Below are positions 28,731 to 37,763 of a stretch of 64,000 bases of DNA, in pieces (position 1 is the first letter of the stretch; each line of letters begins with the position of its first letter). Position numbers and translations under genes: made by a program. Location: positions 1 to 64,000 of the IMG/VR virus record IMGVR_UViG_3300044693_000247. One strand, written 5' to 3'. Source of the DNA: a virus. Lineage: Duplodnaviria > Caudoviricetes. The notes under the pieces are model-generated. The model saw only the letters and a list, made by a program, of their open reading frames with translations, was not told the origin of the DNA and ran no database searches.

Positions 28731-28946
28731 GGTCCGCTCCTGACCTCGCTCCGTTAGTCGGACAGGCAGGGCGCCGGAGCGCGGTCGCCCGCCGAGGGTC
28801 ATGACTCCCTTGGCTGCCTGTCCGACCTCAAGCGTGGTCCGCCGGGCTGGGTAGCGTCAATGCGGAGCGGGTGTTCAGTGCGGTGAGCTAGGCTACAACG
28901 CCGCATCGGGCGAATATTCCAGCGGGGTTGCGCGCGTCCCCGGAAA

Positions 28947-28974
28947 TTGGTCGGTGACCCGCGGTCGATAGAAT
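28947..28974 (+). promoter_or_regulatory. Candidate promoter for the large tail fibre gene
   Basis: TTGGTC-N16-TAGAAT just upstream of ATG 28984. Confidence 0.4.
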
Positions 28975-28983
28975 CGGCGGGGC

Positions 28984-31900
28984 ATGGAGCGCGTCGTCGC
29001 GAAGTACGACCTCGATCTGGGAGGGGCGCATCACTTGCTCAACCTCCCGGCGCCAGGCGGCCCAGCTGAGCCGGCCCGCCTCCAGGACCTCGCGCTCACC
29101 CTCGGCACCGGCGGCACGCAGCTCGCCCTCGGAGGGGTGACGGCCGGCCAGACGCTCGTCCTCAGCGGTTCGACGCTGGTGGGCGCCCCGCTGCGCATCA
29201 CGGTCGATGCCATCAACACCGGATCCGGCACGAAGCTCTCCACCTTCGACGCCACTGGACTCACTGACGGCACGGCAGCGTGGACGACCTCGGTTCGGCA
29301 GGCTTGGGATCTCGTCACCACGGCCGCAGCCGTCGACCACATCACGGTCGAGGCCGCGCTGAACAACCCGACGCGGCGGTGGATCCGGCGGAAGCGCGTC
29401 GAGCCGACGTGGGCGCTCGAGGCCAACTTTTGGGTTGACCCGTCGAATGTCTCCGGGGTGGCCTCGGACGAGAACGTAGGTACGAGCAGCGGTACGCCGC
29501 TGCTGACCTACCGAGAGCTAGGGCGGCGGCTGTACGAACTGACGATCACGCAGACCACCGTCACCATCAATGCCATGTCCGACGTGCTGAGCACGTCCGA
29601 CGTGTTGTTCCTGGAAGGTTTGAAGTGTGCGAACTCGACGGGGTTCGTGTTCGTCAACGTGGTTGGCCAGACGACCACGATCGCTTCAGGACTGACGGTG
29701 TCGGCGGCGCACAACATGGCGACGTTGGCAGACCATGACCACTACGAGATCACGATCCCCGGTGCGGTGTACACGCCCTGGATTCAGAGGTACCTTCTGC
29801 ACCGCACGAACGGGACGCAGGGCTGGGCGTGGGCGTACAAGGATCTAGGCAGCAGCAACCTGCACACCTCGTTGCCCACCACGACGGCCGGCACGTCGTT
29901 GACGACATGGGCGGTGGGGGATTCGGTCGACGTGCTCAAGCTGCCGCGGTTTTCCCAGATCACGTTTGTTGGGTGCGACCCGCTGGTCTTCGGCAAGGTG
30001 TCTACGTGCCAAGTGATCGGCGGTCCGATTGGTAATCAGCACGTCGACGTACAGACGTTCGATCGCTGCTTATTCAACGCCGACGTCAGCTCGTTTGTTG
30101 GCTTCGCGTCAGAGAATAGCGACAGGCTGCAATTGTTCAACACGTGCATTACCGGGTGCGCGGTCAGCATCGCTGGCCAGGTTACGTTTTGGTCGGTGCT
30201 GATCGTGGGAGACGGCGGACAAGTCGGCTCTGGAAAGGCTGTGCAATGTATCAGCAGTGACTCGCTTGGCGGTAATACGGCTAACACGATCATGCTCGGA
30301 AACTGTCTCTTCTCAGTGTCGCACGAGGCGATCTACGAGAAGCTCCAGGTGCTGATCTATGACTGGACGAATACTATCACAGGTGCAAGCGTTAGCTTCG
30401 ATCACCTCGCCAGGGGCACAATCAGCACGATCGGAGGAGAGCGCAACACAGCGGCCTTGCTGTCGGTTGACACCGGCAGCACAGTTGTGAACTACGGATT
30501 TGATTGGTCGCTCTGGAACTCAGCGATCACAACGTACCCGACGCCGTACTTTGTGGCAGGTGCCGTGTTCACGCAGGCTGACCTCGGGATAGGCACCAAC
30601 ATGCTTGCCACGCACGGCTGCGGGATCATCTGGGAGATCGGGCAATGGTCTAACGACCTGTCTGGTACCGGCATCAATCCCTCCGTCGTCGCCATCCACG
30701 AGAGCGGCGGGGGCCGCCTGCCGATCGGTTCGATCCCGGTTGCCACCCCGAACCAGTACCTGCAGTGGAACGGCACCGCGATCGTGGGCGTCACCGGGAT
30801 CTCCCCCGGAGGCTCCGCCGGCGGCGACCTGGCGGGCACCTACCCCAACCCGACGATCGCTGCCAACGCTGTCACGAACGCGAAGTTCCGTCAGAGCGCT
30901 GCCCTCAGCGTAGTCGGCAACGCCACGAACGCCACCGCGAACGTTGCCGACATCTCGACCAGCAGCGGATCGGGCGCGGTCCTGCACGAGAGCGGAGGCG
31001 CGTTGGTGTGGGGCGCGATCCCGGAGACCGCCGTCACGAACCTGGTCACCGACCTGGCCGCGAAGGCCGTCGTCACCAGCTCCGCGCCGCTCGACGTCGG
31101 CACGTCCGCAGTGGTCGGAACGGCCACCGACGCCGCGCGCTCTGACCACGTGCACCGGCTCCCGTTCGCGACGCTGCTCTCGGTACTGGGGGCTGCTTCG
31201 AGCTCGATCGCCTTCAACACGCAGCGCCTCACGAACCTGGCCGACCCCGTGGCCTCGAGCGACGCTGCGACGAAGGCGTACGTCGACGCGGCAGTCTCCG
31301 GCCTGACCGTCAAGCCGTCGGTGCTGGCGTTGTCGACCTCGAACATCGCCTCTCTCTCTGGCCTCGCGACCACGGTTGACGGCATTGCGCTCAACACCGA
31401 CGGGCAGCGCGTTCTGCTCACGGCGCAGACCACCGCCTCCCAGAACGGGATCTGGGTGGTGCACTCGGGCGCCTGGACGCGGCCGAGCGACTTTGCGACC
31501 GGGAGCCACGCCGCCGGCGACTTCACGTTCGTCGAGGAGGGAACCGTCAACGGCGACAACGGCTGGGTCTGCACGTCGGATCCCGGCTCGGATGTCGTCG
31601 ACACGAACTCGCTCACCTGGACGCAGTTCTCTGGCGCGGGGCAGATCATCGCCGGTACGGGCCTCTCGAAGAGCGGCAACACGCTGTCGCTGTCGAACGT
31701 GGGGCCTGGCGCCGGAACGATCGGGAGCGCCGGGATCGCGAGCATCACCCTGAACGCGCAGGGTCAGGTCACGGCGGCTACCACGGCCACCTACGCGCTT
31801 CAGTCCATCGCGCTCACGGGATCCGGCGCCATCAAGATCGCTGGCGACAACCTTGCTCACGACCTCAGCGCGAACCGCACGATCTCGCTGGCCGACTTCG

Positions 31901-32517
31901 TCGCCTCGGGCGCCAGCCACGCGGCCGGCGGAGTGCCTGATCCGGGTTCGACTGCCGGCACGCACAAGATGCTGCGCGAGGACGCCACCTGGGCGATCCC
32001 GGACGCGCTCCACGAGACCAGCGGCCCGACCGATCTCGTGCTCGGCGCGTGGGCCGACGGCCAGGTGCTCGCGCGCAGCGGGTCGACGGCGGTCGGCGCA
32101 GATCCGTCGTACGTCTGGACGCTGTCGTACTTCGCTGACGCGAACCACGCCTACGGGTCCGGCGACTGGTTCACCACCAACAGCCCGAACACCACCACGA
32201 TCAACGCCGAGTATCCGGTGTTCGGTGTGTCGACGGCGACGCCGGCCATCCAGACGACGAAGGCGTTCATCGCCTGGAACCTGATCGTCAACGGCCTATC
32301 CGGCTCACAGACGTTCACCGTGAGCCTGATGAAGAACAACGTCGCGACCGGCGTGCAGGCGGTGTTCAGCACGTCGACCTCGGTGTCGTCGCGCTCGGCT
32401 GTCTTCTCGGTGACGGCGGCGGACGGCGACGTCTTCGGCCTTCAGGTCACGTCCAGCAACCTGGGCGGGACTGCGGTGTCCATGGTGATCGCGATGACCG
32501 CGTTCTTCTATCGATGA
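28984..32517 (+). CDS. Large tail fibre / receptor-binding protein
   Basis: 1177 aa; DAATKAYVD and DGIAL...RVLLTAQTTASQNGIW fibre motifs; FWVDP..G..SDEN.G beta-helix-like entry; C-terminal beta sandwich. Confidence 0.8.
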   Translation: MERVVAKYDLDLGGAHHLLNLPAPGGPAEPARLQDLALTLGTGGTQLALGGVTAGQTLVLSGSTLVGAPLRITVDAINTGSGTKLSTFDATGLTDGTAAWTTSVRQAWDLVTTAAAVDHITVEAALNNPTRRWIRRKRVEPTWALEANFWVDPSNVSGVASDENVGTSSGTPLLTYRELGRRLYELTITQTTVTINAMSDVLSTSDVLFLEGLKCANSTGFVFVNVVGQTTTIASGLTVSAAHNMATLADHDHYEITIPGAVYTPWIQRYLLHRTNGTQGWAWAYKDLGSSNLHTSLPTTTAGTSLTTWAVGDSVDVLKLPRFSQITFVGCDPLVFGKVSTCQVIGGPIGNQHVDVQTFDRCLFNADVSSFVGFASENSDRLQLFNTCITGCAVSIAGQVTFWSVLIVGDGGQVGSGKAVQCISSDSLGGNTANTIMLGNCLFSVSHEAIYEKLQVLIYDWTNTITGASVSFDHLARGTISTIGGERNTAALLSVDTGSTVVNYGFDWSLWNSAITTYPTPYFVAGAVFTQADLGIGTNMLATHGCGIIWEIGQWSNDLSGTGINPSVVAIHESGGGRLPIGSIPVATPNQYLQWNGTAIVGVTGISPGGSAGGDLAGTYPNPTIAANAVTNAKFRQSAALSVVGNATNATANVADISTSSGSGAVLHESGGALVWGAIPETAVTNLVTDLAAKAVVTSSAPLDVGTSAVVGTATDAARSDHVHRLPFATLLSVLGAASSSIAFNTQRLTNLADPVASSDAATKAYVDAAVSGLTVKPSVLALSTSNIASLSGLATTVDGIALNTDGQRVLLTAQTTASQNGIWVVHSGAWTRPSDFATGSHAAGDFTFVEEGTVNGDNGWVCTSDPGSDVVDTNSLTWTQFSGAGQIIAGTGLSKSGNTLSLSNVGPGAGTIGSAGIASITLNAQGQVTAATTATYALQSIALTGSGAIKIAGDNLAHDLSANRTISLADFVASGASHAAGGVPDPGSTAGTHKMLREDATWAIPDALHETSGPTDLVLGAWADGQVLARSGSTAVGADPSYVWTLSYFADANHAYGSGDWFTTNSPNTTTINAEYPVFGVSTATPAIQTTKAFIAWNLIVNGLSGSQTFTVSLMKNNVATGVQAVFSTSTSVSSRSAVFSVTAADGDVFGLQVTSSNLGGTAVSMVIAMTAFFYR

Positions 32518-32569
32518 AATCGCCGCGCGCTTTTTGGGTGGCCCACCGAACGAGGCGAGCATCGACCCG

Positions 32570-33175
32570 ATGAGCGACACAGGAAAGCCGACGATCTGGG
32601 ACGTGCCGGTAAGCCCGGCCGAGCGGTGGCAACTCGTGAACCTGGTGTTCCACCGCCAGGCGAACATCAACACCAGTGGCGAGGGCAAGGAGGTGCGCAG
32701 GATGCTGCGGGCCTTCGGCCTCATGCCGATCCGGGACGCGCTGCGCGCGCACGCCAGCGGTGTGAATCCAGCGATGGCCGAGAACACGGCCCTCGCGCTC
32801 CATCACCTCACGATCGGCAACCTGGACGCGCTCGACAAGCTGATCGCGGGCGTGCCGCGGACGACGGGCACCGAGGTGGATCTCGGCGAGTTCTTCGACC
32901 GCCTCGACGCCGCACGCGCGAACGAGCCCGATCCCGCCTGGGCCGCGCTCCCGAAGTACGACGAGGCCGCCGAGTCCTGGGCGCCCCCGCGGGAGCCCAT
33001 GGACCAGCTCGTCTGCCCGAGCTGCCAACAGGCGTTCGACATCGGGGAGGCGCGGACGGCGGCGATCAAGGCGGCGTCCAAGCCGCAGGCGAGCGCGCCG
33101 ACGCCAGTCCCTGCCCCGGCCGCCGACGCGGCAGAGGATCCGGTCTTCGTTTCCGAGGCCGCCGCCGGTGGCTAA
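32570..33175 (+). CDS. Hypothetical protein (possible fibre chaperone)
   Basis: Follows the fibre gene; CxxC near the C-terminus. Confidence 0.6.
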   Translation: MSDTGKPTIWDVPVSPAERWQLVNLVFHRQANINTSGEGKEVRRMLRAFGLMPIRDALRAHASGVNPAMAENTALALHHLTIGNLDALDKLIAGVPRTTGTEVDLGEFFDRLDAARANEPDPAWAALPKYDEAAESWAPPREPMDQLVCPSCQQAFDIGEARTAAIKAASKPQASAPTPVPAPAADAAEDPVFVSEAAAGG

Positions 33176-33554
33176 GTCCACCTCCACGGACCTCCGCAAG
33201 TCCGAGCGCAAGCTCGCGCGTGCCGTCCAGAAGGCCGTCGACCGCATCACGGACCGCGCCAACGCCGTCGACCAGGTGCTCAAGGCTGACGCCTTCCGCG
33301 AGCGCTTCCGCGACGCCATCGCCGGTCACGAGACGATCGTCGCGACCAGCGGACGAGACTCGATCGTCGGCATCGCCAGGGACGTGCTCCGACGCATGGG
33401 CGTCGACACCACGGACGTCGTGCTAGAGCTCGCGCCGCGTCCCGGATCGGGCCTGGCAACCGTCACGGCCACGGTGCCCGCGAACCTGCACGCGCTGGCC
33501 AGGGAGATCGCGACCGGCCGACGACAGAACGGGGGGCGAGCCGTCGCGGCGTGA
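33168..33554 (+). CDS. Hypothetical protein
   Basis: Coupled ORF with phage-like codon usage. Confidence 0.6.
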   Translation: MAKSTSTDLRKSERKLARAVQKAVDRITDRANAVDQVLKADAFRERFRDAIAGHETIVATSGRDSIVGIARDVLRRMGVDTTDVVLELAPRPGSGLATVTATVPANLHALAREIATGRRQNGGRAVAA

Positions 33555-33557
33555 TGC

Positions 33558-33932
33558 ATGCCGGAGGAGCGCACCGAGAACAGCACTCTCTTCGACCTGT
33601 CGCCGAAGAAGAACATCCGCTTGCGGATCTCGCTCGGTGTGATGGTCGCGATCATCGTCGCCCTGTTCGAGGGCGGCCGGTTTCTGCTCGGACAGTACAT
33701 CGAGCTTCGCGACGAGTGGCTGGCCCGCGTGCACCAGCTCGAGGCGCTCTTCCCGAAGGACGTACAGGGCCGCGCGTGGGAGGCGACCCACGGCGTTCCG
33801 GTCGGCGAGTGGCAGTTGAAGTGGCTCGAGGAGCGAGAGCAGAAGGCCCGGGAGGAATTGGAGGAGCGCTGCAAGGACTACGTGATCCAGTCCGAGCAGA
33901 GCGCGCGTATGGGTCGGCGGAAGAACCCGTGA
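33558..33932 (+). CDS. Single-TM membrane protein with coiled coil (holin/lysis candidate)
   Basis: ISLGVMVAIIVALFEGG transmembrane segment. Confidence 0.5.
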   Translation: MPEERTENSTLFDLSPKKNIRLRISLGVMVAIIVALFEGGRFLLGQYIELRDEWLARVHQLEALFPKDVQGRAWEATHGVPVGEWQLKWLEEREQKAREELEERCKDYVIQSEQSARMGRRKNP

Positions 33933-33956
33933 TCGGCGGAACAGGAGACAGGAGAC

Positions 33957-34466
33957 GTGTCCGATGAGAAAAAGAATGGCCATGGAGATGGCAGCCGCAA
34001 CGGCTACCGCGACGAGGGCGACGACGCGGTCCCGGAGCCGGCCGGCGGGATCATCATCCCCGGTCCCGACACCGCAGCCGATCGCGTCTCGCGTCTCCGC
34101 CGAGCACTGGACGTCGCTGACGGAATCGGTGAGCGACTTGAACGCCGCCTGCGACGAGGCGGCTTCGATCGCGGATCGATTCCTGACGTCGTAGAACTGG
34201 CGGACTACCTCGAGGGCGTGCTCCCGGAGCGGCTTGGCGCAACGGCAAGATGCCTGCGCCTCGTGGTGGGGCTGCACGAGGACTCGCCGACGCGCGCGCT
34301 CAGGGCGCTGGTCTCCGAGGCGCACAAGATCCGATCGAGCTGGCTCGAGCTGAGCACGCACGAGCGACCGCTGGCGGAGCCCGGGATCGCGGTGCGGCTG
34401 AGAGCGCTCGCGAGGCAGATCGAAGAAACAGCCGCGGAATTTGGGCGGCGACCCCAGGGGGCGTAG
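33957..34466 (+). CDS. Hypothetical protein
   Basis: GTG after a duplicated AGGAGAC RBS. Confidence 0.6.
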   Translation: MSDEKKNGHGDGSRNGYRDEGDDAVPEPAGGIIIPGPDTAADRVSRLRRALDVADGIGERLERRLRRGGFDRGSIPDVVELADYLEGVLPERLGATARCLRLVVGLHEDSPTRALRALVSEAHKIRSSWLELSTHERPLAEPGIAVRLRALARQIEETAAEFGRRPQGA

Positions 34467-34475
34467 CACAGAGGC

Positions 34476-34715
34476 ATGACGATCCGTCAACGACACATCG
34501 TCCTCGCGGTCCTCGGCGTGGCCGCTCTTTTGCTCGGCGAGCTGGCGAAGACGCCGCACTTCGCCTGGGCGGGAGGCGCACTGCTGCTGGTCACGGACCT
34601 GCGGCGCGTGCTGGCGGGGGCCGGAGCTGACGCACAGGTGGAGGCGAGCGAGAGGCCGACGCCGCCGAGCCCGCAGGCGGTGGAGCCGCCGCCCAGCGAT
34701 CCACCGACGAAGTGA
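34476..34715 (+). CDS. Small two-TM membrane protein (holin candidate)
   Basis: Two hydrophobic segments; RBS AGAGG. Confidence 0.5.
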   Translation: MTIRQRHIVLAVLGVAALLLGELAKTPHFAWAGGALLLVTDLRRVLAGAGADAQVEASERPTPPSPQAVEPPPSDPPTK

Positions 34716-34722
34716 CCGCCGC

Positions 34723-35043
34723 ATGAAGCTGACAGACCTCGACCCGCGGTTCGAGAACGCCGTCGCCAGCCGCCCCAGCCGGTGCGGCGTCACGCTCTCG
34801 TTCGCCTGCCCGTGCGCGACGTGCGCGCCGAAGGCCCTGCGTGAGCGCTACCGGATCGAACTGTCGCTGTCCAACCCGCTCGATGGAGGTGAACCCTACG
34901 CCGGCCAGGGCCTCGAGGGGCGCTTCTGGACGCGAGAGGGGAACGGAAGCGACCTCGCGACGCTGACGATCGCGGAGGCGATCGACTTCTCGCTGGAGGG
35001 GCACTGGGCCGGGAGGGTGACAGGCGGAGAGGTGGTCGGCTGA
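34723..35043 (+). CDS. Hypothetical protein with CPC..C and HW motifs
   Basis: MKLTDLDPRF...FACPCATC...TLTI...GHWAGRVTGGEV. Confidence 0.65.
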   Translation: MKLTDLDPRFENAVASRPSRCGVTLSFACPCATCAPKALRERYRIELSLSNPLDGGEPYAGQGLEGRFWTREGNGSDLATLTIAEAIDFSLEGHWAGRVTGGEVVG

Positions 35044-35483
35044 TGGGCGTCGGCATGCCCGCGTCGCTGTTCCTCAACGAGTTCGGTTCGCTCGTCTACC
35101 ACGCCTTCGGCGAGTACCCGTACCACGTCGGGTCCTCGGTCGAGTCCAAGATCTGGCGCGATGTCGACGTGCGCTTGATGCTCGCCGACGACGTCTACGC
35201 GGCGATGGGGCTCGGCGATCCGAAGGAGCCGCACCGCAACCCGCGCTGGATGGCGATGTGCGCGGCATTCTCGGCGCTGGGAAAGCAGATGACGGGCCTG
35301 CCGATTGACTTCCAGATCCAGGCGATCAGCGAGGCCAACGCGCAGTTCAGCTCGAAGGACGGGTGCGTTCGGTCGTGCCTGGGGATCGTCGGGCTGCCGA
35401 TGTTCACGATGCCGGAGCCGACCGAGAGGGGGCTTGCAGGCGACCAGGTCATGCGGGATGCCGAGAAGGAGCGCGGCGTTTGA
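35043..35483 (+). CDS. Putative pol-beta superfamily minimal nucleotidyltransferase
   Basis: hGS...DVDVR motif (YHVGSS...WRDVDVRL) plus a third acidic residue in PIDFQIQ. Confidence 0.6.
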   Translation: MGVGMPASLFLNEFGSLVYHAFGEYPYHVGSSVESKIWRDVDVRLMLADDVYAAMGLGDPKEPHRNPRWMAMCAAFSALGKQMTGLPIDFQIQAISEANAQFSSKDGCVRSCLGIVGLPMFTMPEPTERGLAGDQVMRDAEKERGV

Positions 35484-35622
35484 AGCGCTGGACCAACGAC
35501 TACGGCGACATCCCGCGCTGGTACTGGCGCATACGCCCGACGTGTCTGTCCGCCGGAGAGGAGCGTAGGAGGAGACGCGCGCGGGCTGCGGTCGCGATGG
35601 CGCGGGCCGTGGCGTGCTTCTG

Positions 35623-36114
35623 ATGCCGGTGATCGCAGCCTTCGACCCGGGCTCCGTCAAGGCCGGCTACGGGGTCATCCGCGCTGATGGCGAGCTGCTG
35701 ACCTACCTCGAGTGCGGCGTGATCATGGCGCCGGCGGGCTGGGACAAGTATCGGCGCCTGGCCGAGATCGCTCGCGGCGCCGAGGAGGTGCTCGACGACT
35801 TCGCCGCTGACGTCGTCGCGATCGAGGCTGGGTTCGTCCGCTCCCAGATGGGCGCCATCACGCTGGGCGCCGCGCGAGGTGCGATCGGTGTCGTGGCCGC
35901 GCGCCGCGGGATCGCCGTGGTCGAGTACGCGCCGGCGACCGTGAAGCTCGCAGCGGCCGGAAGCGGACGAGCCGAGAAGGAGCAGGTAGCGCGGATGGTG
36001 CGCGCGCGACTGCGGCTGCAGCACGAGCCGGAGCCGGACGCCGCCGATGCGCTGGCGATCGCGATCTGCCACGCCCACCACATGGTCGCGTCGAGGAGGG
36101 CGCGAGCCGCATGA
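35623..36114 (+). CDS. ruvC: Holliday junction resolvase RuvC
   Basis: AFDPG..AGYG, VAIEAGF, EYAPATVKLAAAGSGRAEKEQV, DAADALAIAICHA. Confidence 0.93.
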   Translation: MPVIAAFDPGSVKAGYGVIRADGELLTYLECGVIMAPAGWDKYRRLAEIARGAEEVLDDFAADVVAIEAGFVRSQMGAITLGAARGAIGVVAARRGIAVVEYAPATVKLAAAGSGRAEKEQVARMVRARLRLQHEPEPDAADALAIAICHAHHMVASRRARAA

Positions 36115-36449
36115 CCGATCTCCAACCCGCGCCCGACGGCCGCCACTACATCGACGGCAAGACCGGCCCGCTCCCCGTCGGTTGCATCGAGCACGACGAC
36201 GGCACCATCGATGCCGGCCCGTGCCGCAAGTGTGGCGAGCCCACGCTGTCTATCGTCACGCTCGAGCACGATGGCCAGGTAATAGCCTCGGCGTTCATGT
36301 GCCGGCCCTGCCGCGGCCAGGATGACGACGAGCTGGGGTGGTGGCGTCGGCAGTTCGAGGCGCTTCTGCGCCGCGGCTGGACGCGCGAGGCGGCGAACGC
36401 GGAGATCATCCGGCGCATGGAAGCGGTCGAGGCCGGGCGGTCCGCATGA
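36111..36449 (+). CDS. Hypothetical Zn-finger protein
   Basis: CRKC and CRPC motifs; coupled start. Confidence 0.65.
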   Translation: MTDLQPAPDGRHYIDGKTGPLPVGCIEHDDGTIDAGPCRKCGEPTLSIVTLEHDGQVIASAFMCRPCRGQDDDELGWWRRQFEALLRRGWTREAANAEIIRRMEAVEAGRSA

Positions 36450-36814
36450 TCATCGCCTTATTCGAGTGCGCCGCCCACGGCTGCCCTGCCCGTTCGCCCA
36501 GTGTCGATTCGTCGTCCGGAGCGCTTGCCCGCGCGCGCCTTGAGGCGGTTGCCGTCGGGTGGCGCCTGACCCCGCAGCGGGCCTTCTGCCCGAAGCACGC
36601 CCATCTGGCGATCGTCGAGCTGGACCAGCGGGCGCAGGTGCTCTCACGGCTTGGTGCCGTGCACTGGTTCGAGGATCACTGGGTGCACGCCTCCACGTGC
36701 GTTTGCCGTCCCGACGCCGCCGATCCTCGCTGCGACGTGGGCGAGGCGCTCTCCAGGCTGGCGCGGGCGGCGAGGGAAGATCGGCTGGAACCCGAGCACC
36801 GACGCTGGATCTGA
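36446..36814 (+). CDS. Hypothetical Cys/His-rich protein
   Basis: ATGA coupling; GW...FCPKH motif. Confidence 0.6.
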   Translation: MIIALFECAAHGCPARSPSVDSSSGALARARLEAVAVGWRLTPQRAFCPKHAHLAIVELDQRAQVLSRLGAVHWFEDHWVHASTCVCRPDAADPRCDVGEALSRLARAAREDRLEPEHRRWI

Positions 36815-36861
36815 CCCCTGGCGCGCCGCGCCAGAATCGACATGCCCAGGTGCTTTGATGC

Positions 36862-36891
36862 TTGTCAGTGATATCAATTAGTGATATCAAT
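36862..36891 (+). promoter_or_regulatory. Promoter overlapped by tandem AGTGATATCAAT operators
   Basis: TTGTCA at 36862; 12-bp direct repeat at 36867 and 36880, each containing the palindrome TGATATCA. Confidence 0.65.
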
Positions 36892-36897
36892 CTAGAC

Positions 36898-37182
36898 ATG
36901 ACGAACGCCGAGCGTGCCGATCTCATCAAGTACCTCGAGGAGGCCGCGAACGCCGCCGCCCGCGACAGCCGCGAGGCTGGCTGCACTCCCGAGCAGGCGT
37001 GCGAGAACGCCGTCGAGGCAGTCAACGACTACGGCGCCAAGTGCCACCCTGGCCTGGCGATCCGCTGGGACGTCTTCGAGCTGCGGATCGTGGGGCTGGA
37101 TGACGCCGAGGACGAGCCGACCGTCGAGGTGCCGGCGGTGTCCATGGCGGAGTTGGTGTTCGGACGGAAGGAGGCCGCGTGA
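36898..37182 (+). CDS. Hypothetical protein
   Basis: ATG directly after the promoter. Confidence 0.65.
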   Translation: MTNAERADLIKYLEEAANAAARDSREAGCTPEQACENAVEAVNDYGAKCHPGLAIRWDVFELRIVGLDDAEDEPTVEVPAVSMAELVFGRKEAA

Positions 37183-37763
37183 TGTCCGCTTCGAAGATCA
37201 CCACCTGGGGCCGGTCCAGCGGCGGCGGCGCCGATCGTCGCGCGTCTAGCTTCTGGGTGGGCGAGGTCGGCTGCGGTCTGCAAGTCACGGTCGCGCCGGG
37301 CGTGGAGGAGACCACGGAAAGCGCGCTGGCGCTCGCGGCCGAACTGGCCGCGCTGGTGGCAGAGCGCAACCCGGAGCCGGCCGCCGATGATGCCGCCGAT
37401 CTGTCCGTGGCGATCGAAAGTGCCGCGCGCACCATCTTCGCCCGTGCCGCTGTCCTTGGTGGCCGCTGCTCGGCAGGCGCGTGGACGCCTGCTGTCGCCG
37501 ATGGCTTTGAATGGGCCGTTCTCGACCTTCGAGGCGCTCCGCTCGTGCTGGCCCACGACGTCTACGAGGTCGCGCGCATGTTCGCGATCTACGAGGCGTA
37601 CGGCATCCCGGAGGACCTCGACATGCCGATCCGGGTGCCGTCGGATGCTGACCAGGTGGCAGAGCGCCGGTACGAGAACTGGTGCACGGACTACCGGTTC
37701 GCGCCGTGGGGCGATCCGAGGTTCGAGCCGCCGGCGCCCGGCTCGAACGGAGGCCGGACGTGA
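37179..37763 (+). CDS. Hypothetical protein
   Basis: GTGA coupling; RBS AAGGAGG. Confidence 0.6.
   Translation: MMSASKITTWGRSSGGGADRRASSFWVGEVGCGLQVTVAPGVEETTESALALAAELAALVAERNPEPAADDAADLSVAIESAARTIFARAAVLGGRCSAGAWTPAVADGFEWAVLDLRGAPLVLAHDVYEVARMFAIYEAYGIPEDLDMPIRVPSDADQVAERRYENWCTDYRFAPWGDPRFEPPAPGSNGGRT

Noticed and set aside
26583-32517. Diversity-generating retroelement or shufflon acting on the tail fibres
   Set aside because: No reverse transcriptase, no template/variable repeat pair and no repeated inverted crossover sites were seen around the fibre genes.
33940-33956. AGGAGAC tandem duplication
   Set aside because: A 7-bp duplicated RBS with no wider pattern.
35623-36114. RuvC as the missing nuclease half of the Cas12m-like fragment
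   Set aside because: It is a canonical stand-alone Holliday junction resolvase on the opposite strand 5 kb away, without the TnpB split-RuvC/Zn-finger layout.
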